From positions 1 through 38,373 of the forward strand of contig CAZXWN010000018.1 in NCBI GenBank assembly GCA_964644695.1: a DNA stretch of 38,373 bases, written 5' to 3'. This document shows, piece after piece, positions 1-9,672 of this stretch. Both the position numbers and the translations under genes were made by a program. The first letter of the stretch is position 1; the number at the start of each line of letters is the position of its first letter. Under the pieces are notes generated by a model that was not told the DNA's origin, made no database searches, and was given only the letters and a program-made list of their open reading frames with translations. This stretch comes from an uncultured bacterium (GTDB lineage: Bacteria > UBP4 > UBA4092).

Positions 1-453
1 CTTCTGGAAACCAATCTGGATGATGTGAACCCCCAGACTTATGACCTGGTGATGGAACGGTTATTTGAGGCCGGAGCATTGGATGTCTTCCTGACTCCCA
101 TTCAAATGAAAAAAAACCGGCCGGGGATATTACTCTCTGTCTTATGTAATCCGGGAGATACAAAAGCTCTGGAATCCATCATGTTCCGGGAAACGGGGAC
201 TTTCGGGATTCGGTCCACGACTCTGACTCGGACGATTCTGAATCGGGAATTCAAAACAGTCACTACGCCCTATGGAGATATCCGAATCAAAATAGGATCC
301 AGAGGAAACGAAGTCATCGTCACCTCGCCCGAATATGAGGACTGTAAACAGGCGGCACTTGAAAACGGCGTTTCATTAGACCAGGTCAGACAGGCCGCAC
401 TTCAGGCTTATCGTAGATGGGTCGATGGCACCACCAAAGGATGCGGCTGTTAA
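1..453 (+). CDS. larC: LarC family nickel-insertion protein, C-terminal part (5' end lies outside the window)
   Basis: Frame is open from base 1: LLETNLDDVNPQ...GALDVFLTPIQMKKNRPG...ETGTFGIR...TPYGDIRIK...PEYEDCKQAA, typical of the LarC C-terminal domain. Confidence 0.9.
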   Translation, partial: LLETNLDDVNPQTYDLVMERLFEAGALDVFLTPIQMKKNRPGILLSVLCNPGDTKALESIMFRETGTFGIRSTTLTRTILNREFKTVTTPYGDIRIKIGSRGNEVIVTSPEYEDCKQAALENGVSLDQVRQAALQAYRRWVDGTTKGCGC

Positions 454-607
454 TTACAAAAAATATATAAAATTGTACTTCGTACTTTTCTAGCAACGAA
501 TTAACATCTCTAGCCAACAAAACAGAAATATACGGTCAAAGAGTTAATCCAAATTATTAACGACCGGCTACAGGTAAGAGAGTAAACTTATAAATTGGTG
601 GGGGTGG

Positions 608-629
608 CAGAGTAAGAAGTCTTACTCTG
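608..629. repeat. Perfect 10-bp inverted repeat with 2-nt spacer
   Basis: cagagtaaga-ag-tcttactctg, within an AT-rich intergenic region. Confidence 0.6.
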
Positions 630-979
630 GGGCTATTTGTCTGTCTTTATAGTATTAGTTGCTTGTTGCTAATATAATGAGTGCACACCTAATCCCCACA
701 AATAAGCCCGCACACCCACTGTTCATTATTAATGTTTGCATTGTTGCTCCTCCCAGCTGATTTAAGATGGATATTACAGTTAAAACATCCTTCATATACA
801 GCAAAAAGAGATTGTCGTGCAACATTACAATTAACAACCAAACAACTACATAACAGCTTTTCTTATACTACCATACTATTAAATCCTCGTAATTGATTAA
901 AGCAAAACACCAAGCATACATGTTCACACTTTATACAATTTCTCATCCTTGACTAAGTAGCTCACTCCGGCTCCTGCAA

Positions 980-1024
980 CGAAGCATATACGGAGGTGGT
1001 CCGAGCAGGTCCGTGGATGATTCG
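980..1024 (+). repeat. REP-like imperfect palindrome, copy 1
   Basis: 990-1024 (acggaggtggtccgagcaggtccgtggatgattcg) matches the reverse complement of 12982-13016 at 32 of 35 nt. Confidence 0.75.
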
Positions 1025-1140
1025 TTATGAAAAAGATTTTGGAGGAAAATCGGAAGATTTATTTACGGAAAGATAAATCATTGAGTATCATTAAAAGAAG
1101 GATTATTCTTAATAATTAAGATAATCAGAAAGTAGATACC

Positions 1141-1425
1141 ATGGCCGATACCGTTATTGAATTAAAGTTACAACCCCGATCCAGTACCAATGAAATTATT
1201 GGATTTCGGAATAACATCCTCTGGGCAAAGACCACCGCTCCACCCGTGGACTTTGAAGCTAATTCCAAGCTACTGAAGATGTTATCCAAGGCACTGGATG
1301 TTCCGAAAATGGACATCACCATCATTAAAGGACTCCGGAATAAATATAAAGTCATCAAAATAACCGGACTGTCTCGTGATGAAGTGATAGCAAAATTAAC
1401 TCCCCCGGAGGAGAAGCCGGAATGA
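1141..1425 (+). CDS. DUF167 (YggU/UPF0235) family protein
   Basis: 94 aa; KLQPRSS...TAPPVDFEANSKLLKMLSKALDVPK...IIKGLRNKYK pattern; stop overlaps the next start (ATGA). Confidence 0.85.
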   Translation: MADTVIELKLQPRSSTNEIIGFRNNILWAKTTAPPVDFEANSKLLKMLSKALDVPKMDITIIKGLRNKYKVIKITGLSRDEVIAKLTPPEEKPE

Positions 1426-2270
1426 ATGACACCCTGTTAATGGTCAATCGCCGCCAGGTGCAGGAAACCGCCGCCTGGTTAGAAAAAAAATTGCCCGTCA
1501 TTCCTCATACTGCTATTATGCTCGGTTCCGGTCTGGGAAACCTGACCACCTATTTTGAAAAACCAGAACCTGTTTCCTACATTGATGTCCCCAATCTCCC
1601 GACATCCACCGTCATGGGACATAAAGGTGAAATGGTTTTTGGATACGCCGAAGACAAACCCGTTCTGGCATTCCGCGGCCGCTGGCATTTTTATGAAGGG
1701 TATCTGATGTCCCAGGTAACCTTTTATGTCCGGGTCCTGAGAGAACTGGGAATCCGGAATCTGGTGGTGACAAACGCCGCCGGAGGTTTGGGACAGGGAT
1801 TTCGGGCCGGCGACATTATGCTGATTCAGGACCATATCAATATGATGGGGACCAATCCCCTCCTGGGTCCTAACGATGAATATTTCGGTCCCCGATTTGT
1901 CAGTATGAGTAATGCCTATGATCATAAATTACGGCAGCTTGCAGAAGAAACCGCCTCCCGTCTGAATATTCCCCTCCAGAAAGGGGTTTATCTGGCGGTA
2001 TCCGGCCCAACCTATGAGACCCATGCCGAAGTCAAAATGTTCAAAATCCTGGGTGCGGATGCAGTAGGGATGTCCACCATCCCGGAAGTCATTGTCGCCA
2101 ATCAGTGCGGCATGAAAGTCCTTGGATTCTCCGCCATCACCAATGTGATCAATCCGGGAGACACCTCTCCTGTTACCCATGAAGAAGTTCTCGAAGCCGG
2201 ACAAAGAATGGAATCCCGGTTCTGTACCTTGATTATGGAAATTTTAAAGAATATACCAAAAGGGGAATAA
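1422..2270 (+). CDS. punA: Purine nucleoside phosphorylase I (trimeric, inosine/guanosine type)
   Basis: LGSGLG, GRWHFYEG, TNAAGG, GPTYET, GADAVGMST, ITN motifs. Confidence 0.95.
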   Translation: MNDTLLMVNRRQVQETAAWLEKKLPVIPHTAIMLGSGLGNLTTYFEKPEPVSYIDVPNLPTSTVMGHKGEMVFGYAEDKPVLAFRGRWHFYEGYLMSQVTFYVRVLRELGIRNLVVTNAAGGLGQGFRAGDIMLIQDHINMMGTNPLLGPNDEYFGPRFVSMSNAYDHKLRQLAEETASRLNIPLQKGVYLAVSGPTYETHAEVKMFKILGADAVGMSTIPEVIVANQCGMKVLGFSAITNVINPGDTSPVTHEEVLEAGQRMESRFCTLIMEILKNIPKGE

Positions 2271-2273
2271 ACT

Positions 2274-3461
2274 ATGACCACCACCCAAATCAACCGTGCT
2301 GTTATTATTGTTCTGGATGCTGTCGGTATCGGGGAAATGCCTGATGCCGCCCAATTCGGTGACCAGGGAAGTAATACCCTCGTCAATACAGCACGCGCCG
2401 TGGGTGGACTCCGCCTCCCGACTCTGGAAAAAATGGGGCTGGGGAAAATCACACCGATTGAAGGAATGTGTCCCTGTGCCCATGTCCTCGGGAACTATGG
2501 GAAAATGGCCGAACTCTCTGGAGGAAAAGACACCACCAACGGCCACTGGGAAATTGCCGGACTTCCAACTCCGACAGCCTTCCCCACTTATCCCAACGGA
2601 TTCCCCATGGACATCATCACCCCCTTTGTTCAAAAAACGGGACGAGGGATACTGGGGAATAAACCTGCTTCCGGGACTGCCATTATTGAAGAACTGGGGG
2701 AACAACATCTCCGGACGGGTGATTTGATTGTCTATACCTCCGCAGACAGTGTCTTCCAGATTGCCGCCCATGAAGATATCGTACCGATTGAAGAATTGTA
2801 CCGGTATTGCCAGATAGCCCGTGAGTTACTGACAGGGCCTCATGCCGTCGGTCGAGTGATTGCCCGACCTTTCATCGGGACACCGGGGCAGTTCAAACGT
2901 ACGGAACGCCGGCATGATTTCTCGCTCGAACCTACCGGACCCACCCTGTTGACTCGATTAAAAGAAGCCGGGTATCCAGTGATTGGTGTCGGTAAAATCG
3001 AAGATATCTTTGCGGGTGTCGGAATCACCAAAGCCGTTCATTCAAAAGGAAATCCTGCCTGTATCACCGCCACAATTCAGGAAATGCTCACCCCCGGCAA
3101 CGGATTGATATTCACCAATCTGGTTGATACGGACATGATTTATGGACACCGTAATGACCCGGTGGGATTTGCCCGGTCACTGGCAGAGTTTGATGAGGCT
3201 CTCCCTCGAATCATGGCCAACCTCGGTCAGGATGACCTGCTCATTATTACCGCTGACCATGGGTGTGACCCCACCACCCCCAGCACGGACCATTCACGGG
3301 AATATGTCCCTCTGTTAGTGTATGGACCGGGATTAAATCAGAATGTAAACCTGGGGACTCGGTCGTCCTTTGCGGATATTACAGCCACCCTGTTAGAAGG
3401 ATTCGGTCTGGGGACCTGGCCGGTAGGAACTTCTTTCTGGACTGAATTAACGAAGAAATAA
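2274..3461 (+). CDS. deoB: Phosphopentomutase
   Basis: [62 protein letters not shown]. Confidence 0.97.
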   Translation: MTTTQINRAVIIVLDAVGIGEMPDAAQFGDQGSNTLVNTARAVGGLRLPTLEKMGLGKITPIEGMCPCAHVLGNYGKMAELSGGKDTTNGHWEIAGLPTPTAFPTYPNGFPMDIITPFVQKTGRGILGNKPASGTAIIEELGEQHLRTGDLIVYTSADSVFQIAAHEDIVPIEELYRYCQIARELLTGPHAVGRVIARPFIGTPGQFKRTERRHDFSLEPTGPTLLTRLKEAGYPVIGVGKIEDIFAGVGITKAVHSKGNPACITATIQEMLTPGNGLIFTNLVDTDMIYGHRNDPVGFARSLAEFDEALPRIMANLGQDDLLIITADHGCDPTTPSTDHSREYVPLLVYGPGLNQNVNLGTRSSFADITATLLEGFGLGTWPVGTSFWTELTKK

Positions 3462-3534
3462 ATCAGATATTTCCGTGCAGGGATTCTCTATTGAAGGTGA
3501 TGGAGATGTTTCTCCATGAGAGTACGCATTGAGA

Positions 3535-4680
3535 TTACTTGTTCTTGATTTCAAACAGACTCGTCATCTTTCTGCTGGCCATCATAAATACAAAATTCAA
3601 AACAGCCGCCGTCACCACAACGGTCCGGCCCAAATCCAGCCCCTTCATCAGAAACGCCGCTGAGGCTGAAATCATCAGCCCTAGAAATGAGGCTTTTAAT
3701 ATGGCATAGGTTTCCTGATATTCATTGAGAGGTTTCTTACGATGATACAATCCGAACCAGGCGGAACAGAATATCCAGAGCAGAACGATGACTGGGAAAG
3801 CTATCACATAAGGTTTGAGGTCGTTGATAGGACCCATCCAGTCGCTTAATGAATAACGAAGTCCATAAGCCGCAAACCATGCACTGGTGGCGGCGATAAT
3901 ATCGATGAATACAAGGGCAATGACTCTCATAATAAACAATATGTTTCCAATCAGATAGCGTTTCCACATCCGTCCCGGTTCCAGGATGAGGCGATACAAC
4001 CACTCCAGGCCATTGGACCGCATCCAATAAGGTGCCCGGCTTACTTTTCCTGCATAATATTCAAATAACGCACCTACCCCCCAGGCAACAGGAACATTCA
4101 GTTCCTGAAGGTGTTCCCTCAACCATTTTTCCTGTTGTGGAACTCCCATTCCCACCAGAAGGATTTCAGGCCGTTTCTCTTGTATATCCTTGATGATATC
4201 CTTTTCTTCCTCAGGTGTAAAATATCCATTCCGAATCCCGGCGACTTTTAAATCCGGCACTTGTTCCTGAATCATCTCAACACACCGCCGGGCAATGTCC
4301 GACTCTGAACCCAGGAAGTAAACGGAATATCCTTTTTCATAACACCAGCGGCAAAACGGTATCAGGAAATCGCCGATATTCACTCGTTCCGGGATGGGAT
4401 GATGGGTCAGATGAGAGGCCCACACAACGCCCATGCCATCCGCATAAACCAAATCGGATTGTTTGATGATGGCTCGATACTCATCATCATCAAATGAACG
4501 GTTGATACAATGGGCATTCAAATAGAGTATCTGGTGGGGCTTTCCAGATTTAACATAGGATTCCACACGGTCCATGACCTGACCCGTAGTGATCCGGTCA
4601 ATCGGTAAACCGAACATGGAACAGATGAGACGAGATTCTCCCGGGTGTCCCGGAAGGCTATGTGTGGTTACCGGTGCCAT
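3535..4680 (-). CDS. WecB/TagA/CpsF family glycosyltransferase with a C-terminal 4-TM domain
   Basis: ADGMGVVW, YFLGS, RNGYF, VGMGVPQQEKW, GLEWLYRL..EP.R.WKRY; start chosen at ATG 4680 (GGAG upstream, overlaps the GT2 stop) instead of 4866. Confidence 0.88.
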   Translation of the reverse strand: MAPVTTHSLPGHPGESRLICSMFGLPIDRITTGQVMDRVESYVKSGKPHQILYLNAHCINRSFDDDEYRAIIKQSDLVYADGMGVVWASHLTHHPIPERVNIGDFLIPFCRWCYEKGYSVYFLGSESDIARRCVEMIQEQVPDLKVAGIRNGYFTPEEEKDIIKDIQEKRPEILLVGMGVPQQEKWLREHLQELNVPVAWGVGALFEYYAGKVSRAPYWMRSNGLEWLYRLILEPGRMWKRYLIGNILFIMRVIALVFIDIIAATSAWFAAYGLRYSLSDWMGPINDLKPYVIAFPVIVLLWIFCSAWFGLYHRKKPLNEYQETYAILKASFLGLMISASAAFLMKGLDLGRTVVVTAAVLNFVFMMASRKMTSLFEIKNK

Positions 4681-5507
4681 ATACTCCGCATATCTGCATA
4701 GATTGAGTAAAATCCTAACGCGAAATCCAAACCCAGTAAAGAAAACCGGAAATGAATCAAATCCTGTAATGTATATTTTGTCATCCGAATCAGATTCCGT
4801 CCCTGATTTTTCATGATTTCCCAGGGTGTTATGGGTCCATGAACTCCCAGCGAAGTCCAGCGCCATCGGGTCCGAATCACGGTATAAGCAGTGTCTTTCC
4901 TTAAATGATAGACCTTTGCCTTCGGTTCATACACTAAATCAAATCCAGCCGCCCTTAATCTGCGGGAGATATCCAGGTCTTCATAATTCGTTCGGTATTT
5001 GTCGAGATACCCACCCACAGCCATCAGGGCACTCCGGCGAAACACCGCGCTGTGTCCATACAACCATTGAGGGTTTCGGATGGGAAGTGCACCCCAGTGC
5101 TGTTTCATATGGATGACTCGCCAATAATCCGGGATAGTCTCTCTGTTGGATTCAATCAACATACTGCCCACACCGGCAATCTTTCCCTCAAGCATGTTAT
5201 CCATGAGCCGTTCTAACCAATCAGGTTCCGCCACACAATCCGAATCAATATTGGCGATAAATTCTGTCGTAATGTTTTTGAGTGCCGTATTCCGCGCTAC
5301 CCCCAGCCCCTTATTTTCCTCATGTTCGATGATCCGGACCTGGGGATATTTCCTGACTCTGTCCATGGAATCATCCGTAGAACCGTCATTGATGACCAGG
5401 ATTTCTTTAACGGGAAAGGTTTGGGCTAACAGGCTTTTTATACAACGGTCAATATGAGCCGCTGCGTTATAACAGGGAACATAAATGGTGACTTCTCTCT
5501 GACTCAT
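4668..5507 (-). CDS. Glycosyltransferase family 2
   Basis: VPCYNAA, NDGSTD, NKGLGVARN, DSD, EDLDIS motifs. Confidence 0.93.
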   Translation of the reverse strand: MSQREVTIYVPCYNAAAHIDRCIKSLLAQTFPVKEILVINDGSTDDSMDRVRKYPQVRIIEHEENKGLGVARNTALKNITTEFIANIDSDCVAEPDWLERLMDNMLEGKIAGVGSMLIESNRETIPDYWRVIHMKQHWGALPIRNPQWLYGHSAVFRRSALMAVGGYLDKYRTNYEDLDISRRLRAAGFDLVYEPKAKVYHLRKDTAYTVIRTRWRWTSLGVHGPITPWEIMKNQGRNLIRMTKYTLQDLIHFRFSLLGLDFALGFYSIYADMRSIWHR

Positions 5508-6664
5508 CGGGGGTTCTCCGTCAGAGTATGATAGGCGTTCAGAAACAGGTCCGCTAATGACGACCAGTTATAGGTCTTCTCCGCCTGTTGCCGGGCAGTG
5601 ATTCTCATTTGGGTCATGCGGTCAGGCTGCGCCAACAGTTGAATCAAGGCCTGTGCTATTGCTTCTGAATTTCCGGGAGGGACCACAACTCCGGCATCTC
5701 CTACCATGAGGGGCACATCACCTACATCAGACGCAACAATGGGTTTACCCGCCGCCAGGTACTCAGCGATTTTCAGGGGACTCTTACACCGGGTCAATTC
5801 GTTATCTTCGAAACAGGCCACACAAATATCCGCCATCCCGACATAATCGGGAATCTCTTCATGGAGAACATAGTTCGTAAAATAAACCTGTTTATGAATA
5901 CCTAATGTTTCGGAAAGTTTCTGGAGTTCCGGTAATCGGTGTCCACCCCCTACCACCAGGAACCGACATCCGGGATAACCCGCCAATACGGCAGGTGCCG
6001 CCTGCAGCAACAATTCAGCATAACTGCCTTCTTCAAGCTGCCCCATGTATAAAATAACCGGACCGGGTAAATCATATTTCGCGCGCAGGTTTTCACCGCG
6101 GCGCTCCGGCTTAAATCGTTCCAGGTTTGCACCAACGGGGGCCATGTGCATCCGGTCCTTCACACCGCCTCGGGTCAAGGTCATTTCTTCCACATACCGG
6201 GTGGAACAAGCCGTCCAATCAACCAGTGAGGGTAAGACCTTCTCATATTTATCAACCAGATTGTAAATAACCGGCGACTTTGTCCATTGCGGAACAAAGG
6301 CTATCTCCAAGTCATCCCAGTCATAAACAACAGGTTTCTTCTCCAGCCAGGAAGCCCACAACGCCAAAAGTGCAATCTCGGGGAAACACTTCTGGAAATG
6401 AATCACATCGCTGGTTCGGGCAAGCTGACGGATAATCTTCAGGTTACTGAAAAAGGCGGTCTTCTGGGAAGGAAGTTCAACGACTCGAACCCCATCAGGG
6501 TTCTTGGTTCGGATGAGAGGCAGATGTTTCCGGCGTTCATAGTTTGGGTAATAAGCCAGAGTGACTTCATGGCCTTTCCGGACAAACTGTTCAGACAGTT
6601 CAACCATTCGAACGGTACCGGCAATCGTAAAGATATCAAACCGATTCAAAAGAAGAATCTTCAC
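5504..6664 (-). CDS. Glycosyltransferase family 4 (GT-B)
   Basis: SPLKIAEYLAAGKPIVASDVG (EX7E-like) motif; GTG start preceded by AGGAG. Confidence 0.92.
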   Translation of the reverse strand: MKILLLNRFDIFTIAGTVRMVELSEQFVRKGHEVTLAYYPNYERRKHLPLIRTKNPDGVRVVELPSQKTAFFSNLKIIRQLARTSDVIHFQKCFPEIALLALWASWLEKKPVVYDWDDLEIAFVPQWTKSPVIYNLVDKYEKVLPSLVDWTACSTRYVEEMTLTRGGVKDRMHMAPVGANLERFKPERRGENLRAKYDLPGPVILYMGQLEEGSYAELLLQAAPAVLAGYPGCRFLVVGGGHRLPELQKLSETLGIHKQVYFTNYVLHEEIPDYVGMADICVACFEDNELTRCKSPLKIAEYLAAGKPIVASDVGDVPLMVGDAGVVVPPGNSEAIAQALIQLLAQPDRMTQMRITARQQAEKTYNWSSLADLFLNAYHTLTENPR

Positions 6665-6804
6665 GATTTCTTCTCCTGAAAAGTCTCTTTGAGTTTTGGC
6701 TGAATGATTTGTTTACCAAAGAGGGCAAGCAGGATAAAGCACCACCCGGTATATACAGTCAGGCTCATCAGCCGAAAAAGTTGCCGAATACGACTATGTC
6801 TCAT
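6661..6804 (-). CDS. Small single-TM membrane protein, 47 aa (absent from the ORF track)
   Basis: MRHSRIRQLFRLMSLTVYTGWCFILLALFGKQIIQPKLKETFQEKKS*; fills the gap in the operon and its TGA overlaps the GT4 GTG start (GTGA); no clear Shine-Dalgarno. Confidence 0.6.
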   Translation of the reverse strand: MRHSRIRQLFRLMSLTVYTGWCFILLALFGKQIIQPKLKETFQEKKS

Positions 6805-6826
6805 AGGTAGATAAACAGCCGAAGGA

Positions 6827-8287
6827 CTAGAACCGGCCCTCGGTTAAATAGGTTTTTAACCGGCGTAAGGCTCGGGTGGGATGTTTCACAAACTTACCCG
6901 CCGTTTGCAGGAGTTCGACACCCTGAAAAGACCGGAGAAATCGTTGTCGGGCAAACCGTTTTTCTGCATCGCGCAGGATTTTCACGATATCCTCAGGACC
7001 TAATTCATCGGTACGGGTGACAGCATTATTGTACCCATCATATAAATCCCAGTCCTTCGTCAGCAGGTTACCAGACTTTTCTAACTCCTCAAATAGCCGG
7101 CTGCCTGGGTATGGGGTCGCAATCGAAAACTGAAGTGAATCGGGATTGAGTTCCAAGGCAAGCTTTGTGGTTTTCTCAGCGGAGGCCCAGGTTTCCCCAG
7201 GATGACCGTAAGTGAAGGTCAAGTGAACTTTCAAGCCCAGCTCTTTACTCCGTTTAACGGCTTTCCGTAAGGTGTCCAAATCCAGATTTTTCTTCATTTG
7301 GTCCACAATATCCTGGTCACCGGATTCCACACCGTATTTAATCGCGACCAGGCCCGCATCACGAAGTTTCTCCAGCGTATCAAAATCACAGGTGTCGGCA
7401 CGCGCCATCGCCGCCCAGGGCAAACATATCTCACGCTTTTTCAATTCTTCAGCAAACTTCAATAATCTCGGCTTGCCAATATTGAAAGTGTCGTCATCCA
7501 CATAAAAAGACTTGTATCCGTACTTCTCTTTACACCAGGCTATTTCATCAACGACGTCTTTAGGGTCCCGGACACGATAGGAATGGTCTCCATACATAAT
7601 CTGGGGCCAGGCACAGAAGTTACACTGGAAGGGGCACCCCCGGGATGAATGGATCTGTAAACTGGGTTCGGGTATTCCACCCGGGCAATCATGATATTTC
7701 ATCATCGGGAGCTGTTCACGGGAGGGCCAGGGCAACTGGTCTAAATCACTAATTAAAGGACGTTTCCCGGTATAAAAACCGGCGCCGTCCTTTCGGAAAT
7801 ACAGCCCCAGACAATCGCTTAAATCTTTTTTATCACTCAAACCACGAACCAAATCCCGAAGCGTGTACTCATACTCACCCTCAAGGACATAATCTACATA
7901 AGGCGTTTCTTCAAGGAATTTGGGGGAATACATGAAGACATTCAAACCACTGTAAGCAAGACGGGTCTCCGGTAATCGTTCCTTGATCTGTCTTCCCATC
8001 TGCTCATCAACTTTGCTGGAGCTGGTAGAAACTTCCAAGAGTACTAAATCCGGCTTGAATTCTACTACCCGGTCAAGGAATTGTTCCGGCGTTAGATCTT
8101 CGGCAATCCCATCCACCAGACAAACATCCTGTCCATCCTTCTCCAATACCGCCGCCGCATACGCCAGGAAAAATGGAAACGGCATATAGCCAGATTCATC
8201 ACGTTCGAAGTGCGGCCACCGTGACCCGGCTCGTACTCCATAAAAACCTTTTTTTCTCCAGGGAGAATTTCCTAAAAATATCTTCAT
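6827..8287 (-). CDS. Cobalamin-binding-domain radical SAM protein (HpnJ/BchE-like architecture)
   Basis: RAGSRWP N-terminus, B12-binding-type domain, GEYE, SRGCPFQCNFC (CxxxCxxC), DDDTF, YGVESGDQ, GHPGET, TPYPGS. Confidence 0.92.
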   Translation of the reverse strand: MKIFLGNSPWRKKGFYGVRAGSRWPHFERDESGYMPFPFFLAYAAAVLEKDGQDVCLVDGIAEDLTPEQFLDRVVEFKPDLVLLEVSTSSSKVDEQMGRQIKERLPETRLAYSGLNVFMYSPKFLEETPYVDYVLEGEYEYTLRDLVRGLSDKKDLSDCLGLYFRKDGAGFYTGKRPLISDLDQLPWPSREQLPMMKYHDCPGGIPEPSLQIHSSRGCPFQCNFCAWPQIMYGDHSYRVRDPKDVVDEIAWCKEKYGYKSFYVDDDTFNIGKPRLLKFAEELKKREICLPWAAMARADTCDFDTLEKLRDAGLVAIKYGVESGDQDIVDQMKKNLDLDTLRKAVKRSKELGLKVHLTFTYGHPGETWASAEKTTKLALELNPDSLQFSIATPYPGSRLFEELEKSGNLLTKDWDLYDGYNNAVTRTDELGPEDIVKILRDAEKRFARQRFLRSFQGVELLQTAGKFVKHPTRALRRLKTYLTEGRF

Positions 8288-8400
8288 TATTCACCTTATA
8301 TGCTAGTTATACATAAATTTTATATCATTAATCATCAATTAAGGGATAAACTAAATATCAGAATGCCTTTTATCTGGTTTAACTCTGTTATCCATGCACA

Positions 8401-8429
8401 TTGGATTCTGACATAAAATTGTGTATAAT
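8401..8429 (+). promoter_or_regulatory. Putative sigma70 promoter for rplJL
   Basis: TTGGAT-N17-TATAAT just upstream of the L10 leader. Confidence 0.5.
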
Positions 8430-8463
8430 TATTGTATTGTTCTTTAAAAATCAATCTCACATT

Positions 8464-8638
8464 GTCAAAGACCGCCGGTCCCTTTTATAAGGGTTAATTT
8501 TCCTGCAACGGAAAGCCTGCCAAGACGGATGAGTGGATTGGACAGGTTGTTGAACGGAAGAGTTTATCTCTTCAAGTCAACTGCCTGTCTAAACGAATCC
8601 CCATCGAAGGCACTGGTCTTCGATGGGGATTTTTGTTT
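8464..8638 (+). promoter_or_regulatory. Ribosomal protein L10 leader (autoregulatory RNA)
   Basis: gtcaaagaccgccggt...ttaa...cctgccaagac resembles the L10-leader core (AGAC..GG / TTAA / CCT.CC.AG); located directly 5' of rplJ and ends in a terminator hairpin. Confidence 0.75.
8596..8638 (+). terminator. Intrinsic terminator/attenuator in the rplJ leader
   Basis: aatccccatcgaag-gcactggt-cttcgatggggatt followed by tttgttt. Confidence 0.8.
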
Positions 8639-8660
8639 ATGACAGATTGGAGGTGAATGA

Positions 8661-9188
8661 ATGCCTAAGCAATTTAAGATTGATGAAGTACAGTTTCTGA
8701 CCTCGAGATTTCAGGAAGCAAAGACATTCTTTGTAACTGAATACCGTGGTCTGACTGTTAAGGAAGACTGGGAATTGCGCGCTGCTTTACGGGGTGCCAA
8801 TGCTCAGATGAAAATCGTCCGTAACCGCTTGACCAAGATTGCCTTGGAAAATGTCGGGTTGGGTGATTTTAAAGAACACTTTGTGGGTCCAGTGGCCGTG
8901 GTTTGGGCCTATGGTGATGCTGCACAAGCTGCCAAAGCACTGGTTGATTTCCAGAAAGCACATGAAAAACTGGTTATCAAGTACGGTGTTATGGACGGTG
9001 TTGGATTAGACAAGGCCAATGTTATGGCTCTTGCCAGTCTACCTTCCCGCGAAGTTCTACTTGGAAAACTGGTATCTTCCCTGTCCTCGCCGCTCTACGG
9101 CCTGGTCCGCGTCCTGCAGGGTCCAATCTCCGGTTTGGCCAATTGTCTCGACCAAATCAAAAAGCAAAAAGAAGGGACGGCTGCCTAA
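8661..9188 (+). CDS. rplJ: 50S ribosomal protein L10
   Basis: EYRGLTV, LRAALR, VRNRLTKIA, LASLPSREVLL; GGAGGTG ribosome-binding site. Confidence 0.97.
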   Translation: MPKQFKIDEVQFLTSRFQEAKTFFVTEYRGLTVKEDWELRAALRGANAQMKIVRNRLTKIALENVGLGDFKEHFVGPVAVVWAYGDAAQAAKALVDFQKAHEKLVIKYGVMDGVGLDKANVMALASLPSREVLLGKLVSSLSSPLYGLVRVLQGPISGLANCLDQIKKQKEGTAA

Positions 9189-9249
9189 AACGGCAAGCTG
9201 CCTGATATAAACCAAAACAGATATTCAATTTTTCAAGGAGAAAAATAAA

Positions 9250-9618
<369 letters not shown>

Positions 9619-9637
9619 TTACCTTTTTTCGATATCG

Positions 9638-9672
9638 AAAGCCCTTTCATCTCCGGATGAAAGGGCTTTTTT
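9638..9672 (+). terminator. Rho-independent terminator after rplL
   Basis: aaagccctttcatc-tccg-gatgaaagggcttttt. Confidence 0.9.

Noticed and set aside
107-120. A8 run in larC as a programmed frameshift or phase-variation site
   Set aside because: It encodes the conserved MKKNRP motif in frame, and the frame is intact
655-837. 60-aa minus-strand ORF as a real gene
   Set aside because: TTG start, no ribosome-binding site, no recognisable motif; treated as part of the unexplained AT-rich tract
4681-4866. 62-codon N-terminal extension of the TagA-like ORF in the track (start 4866)
   Set aside because: It overlaps the GT2 gene by about 200 nt; ATG 4680 has a GGAG site and fits the family start
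6827-8287. Calling the radical SAM gene hpnJ in a hopanoid cluster
   Set aside because: No squalene-hopene cyclase or other hpn genes in the window; similarity is architectural only
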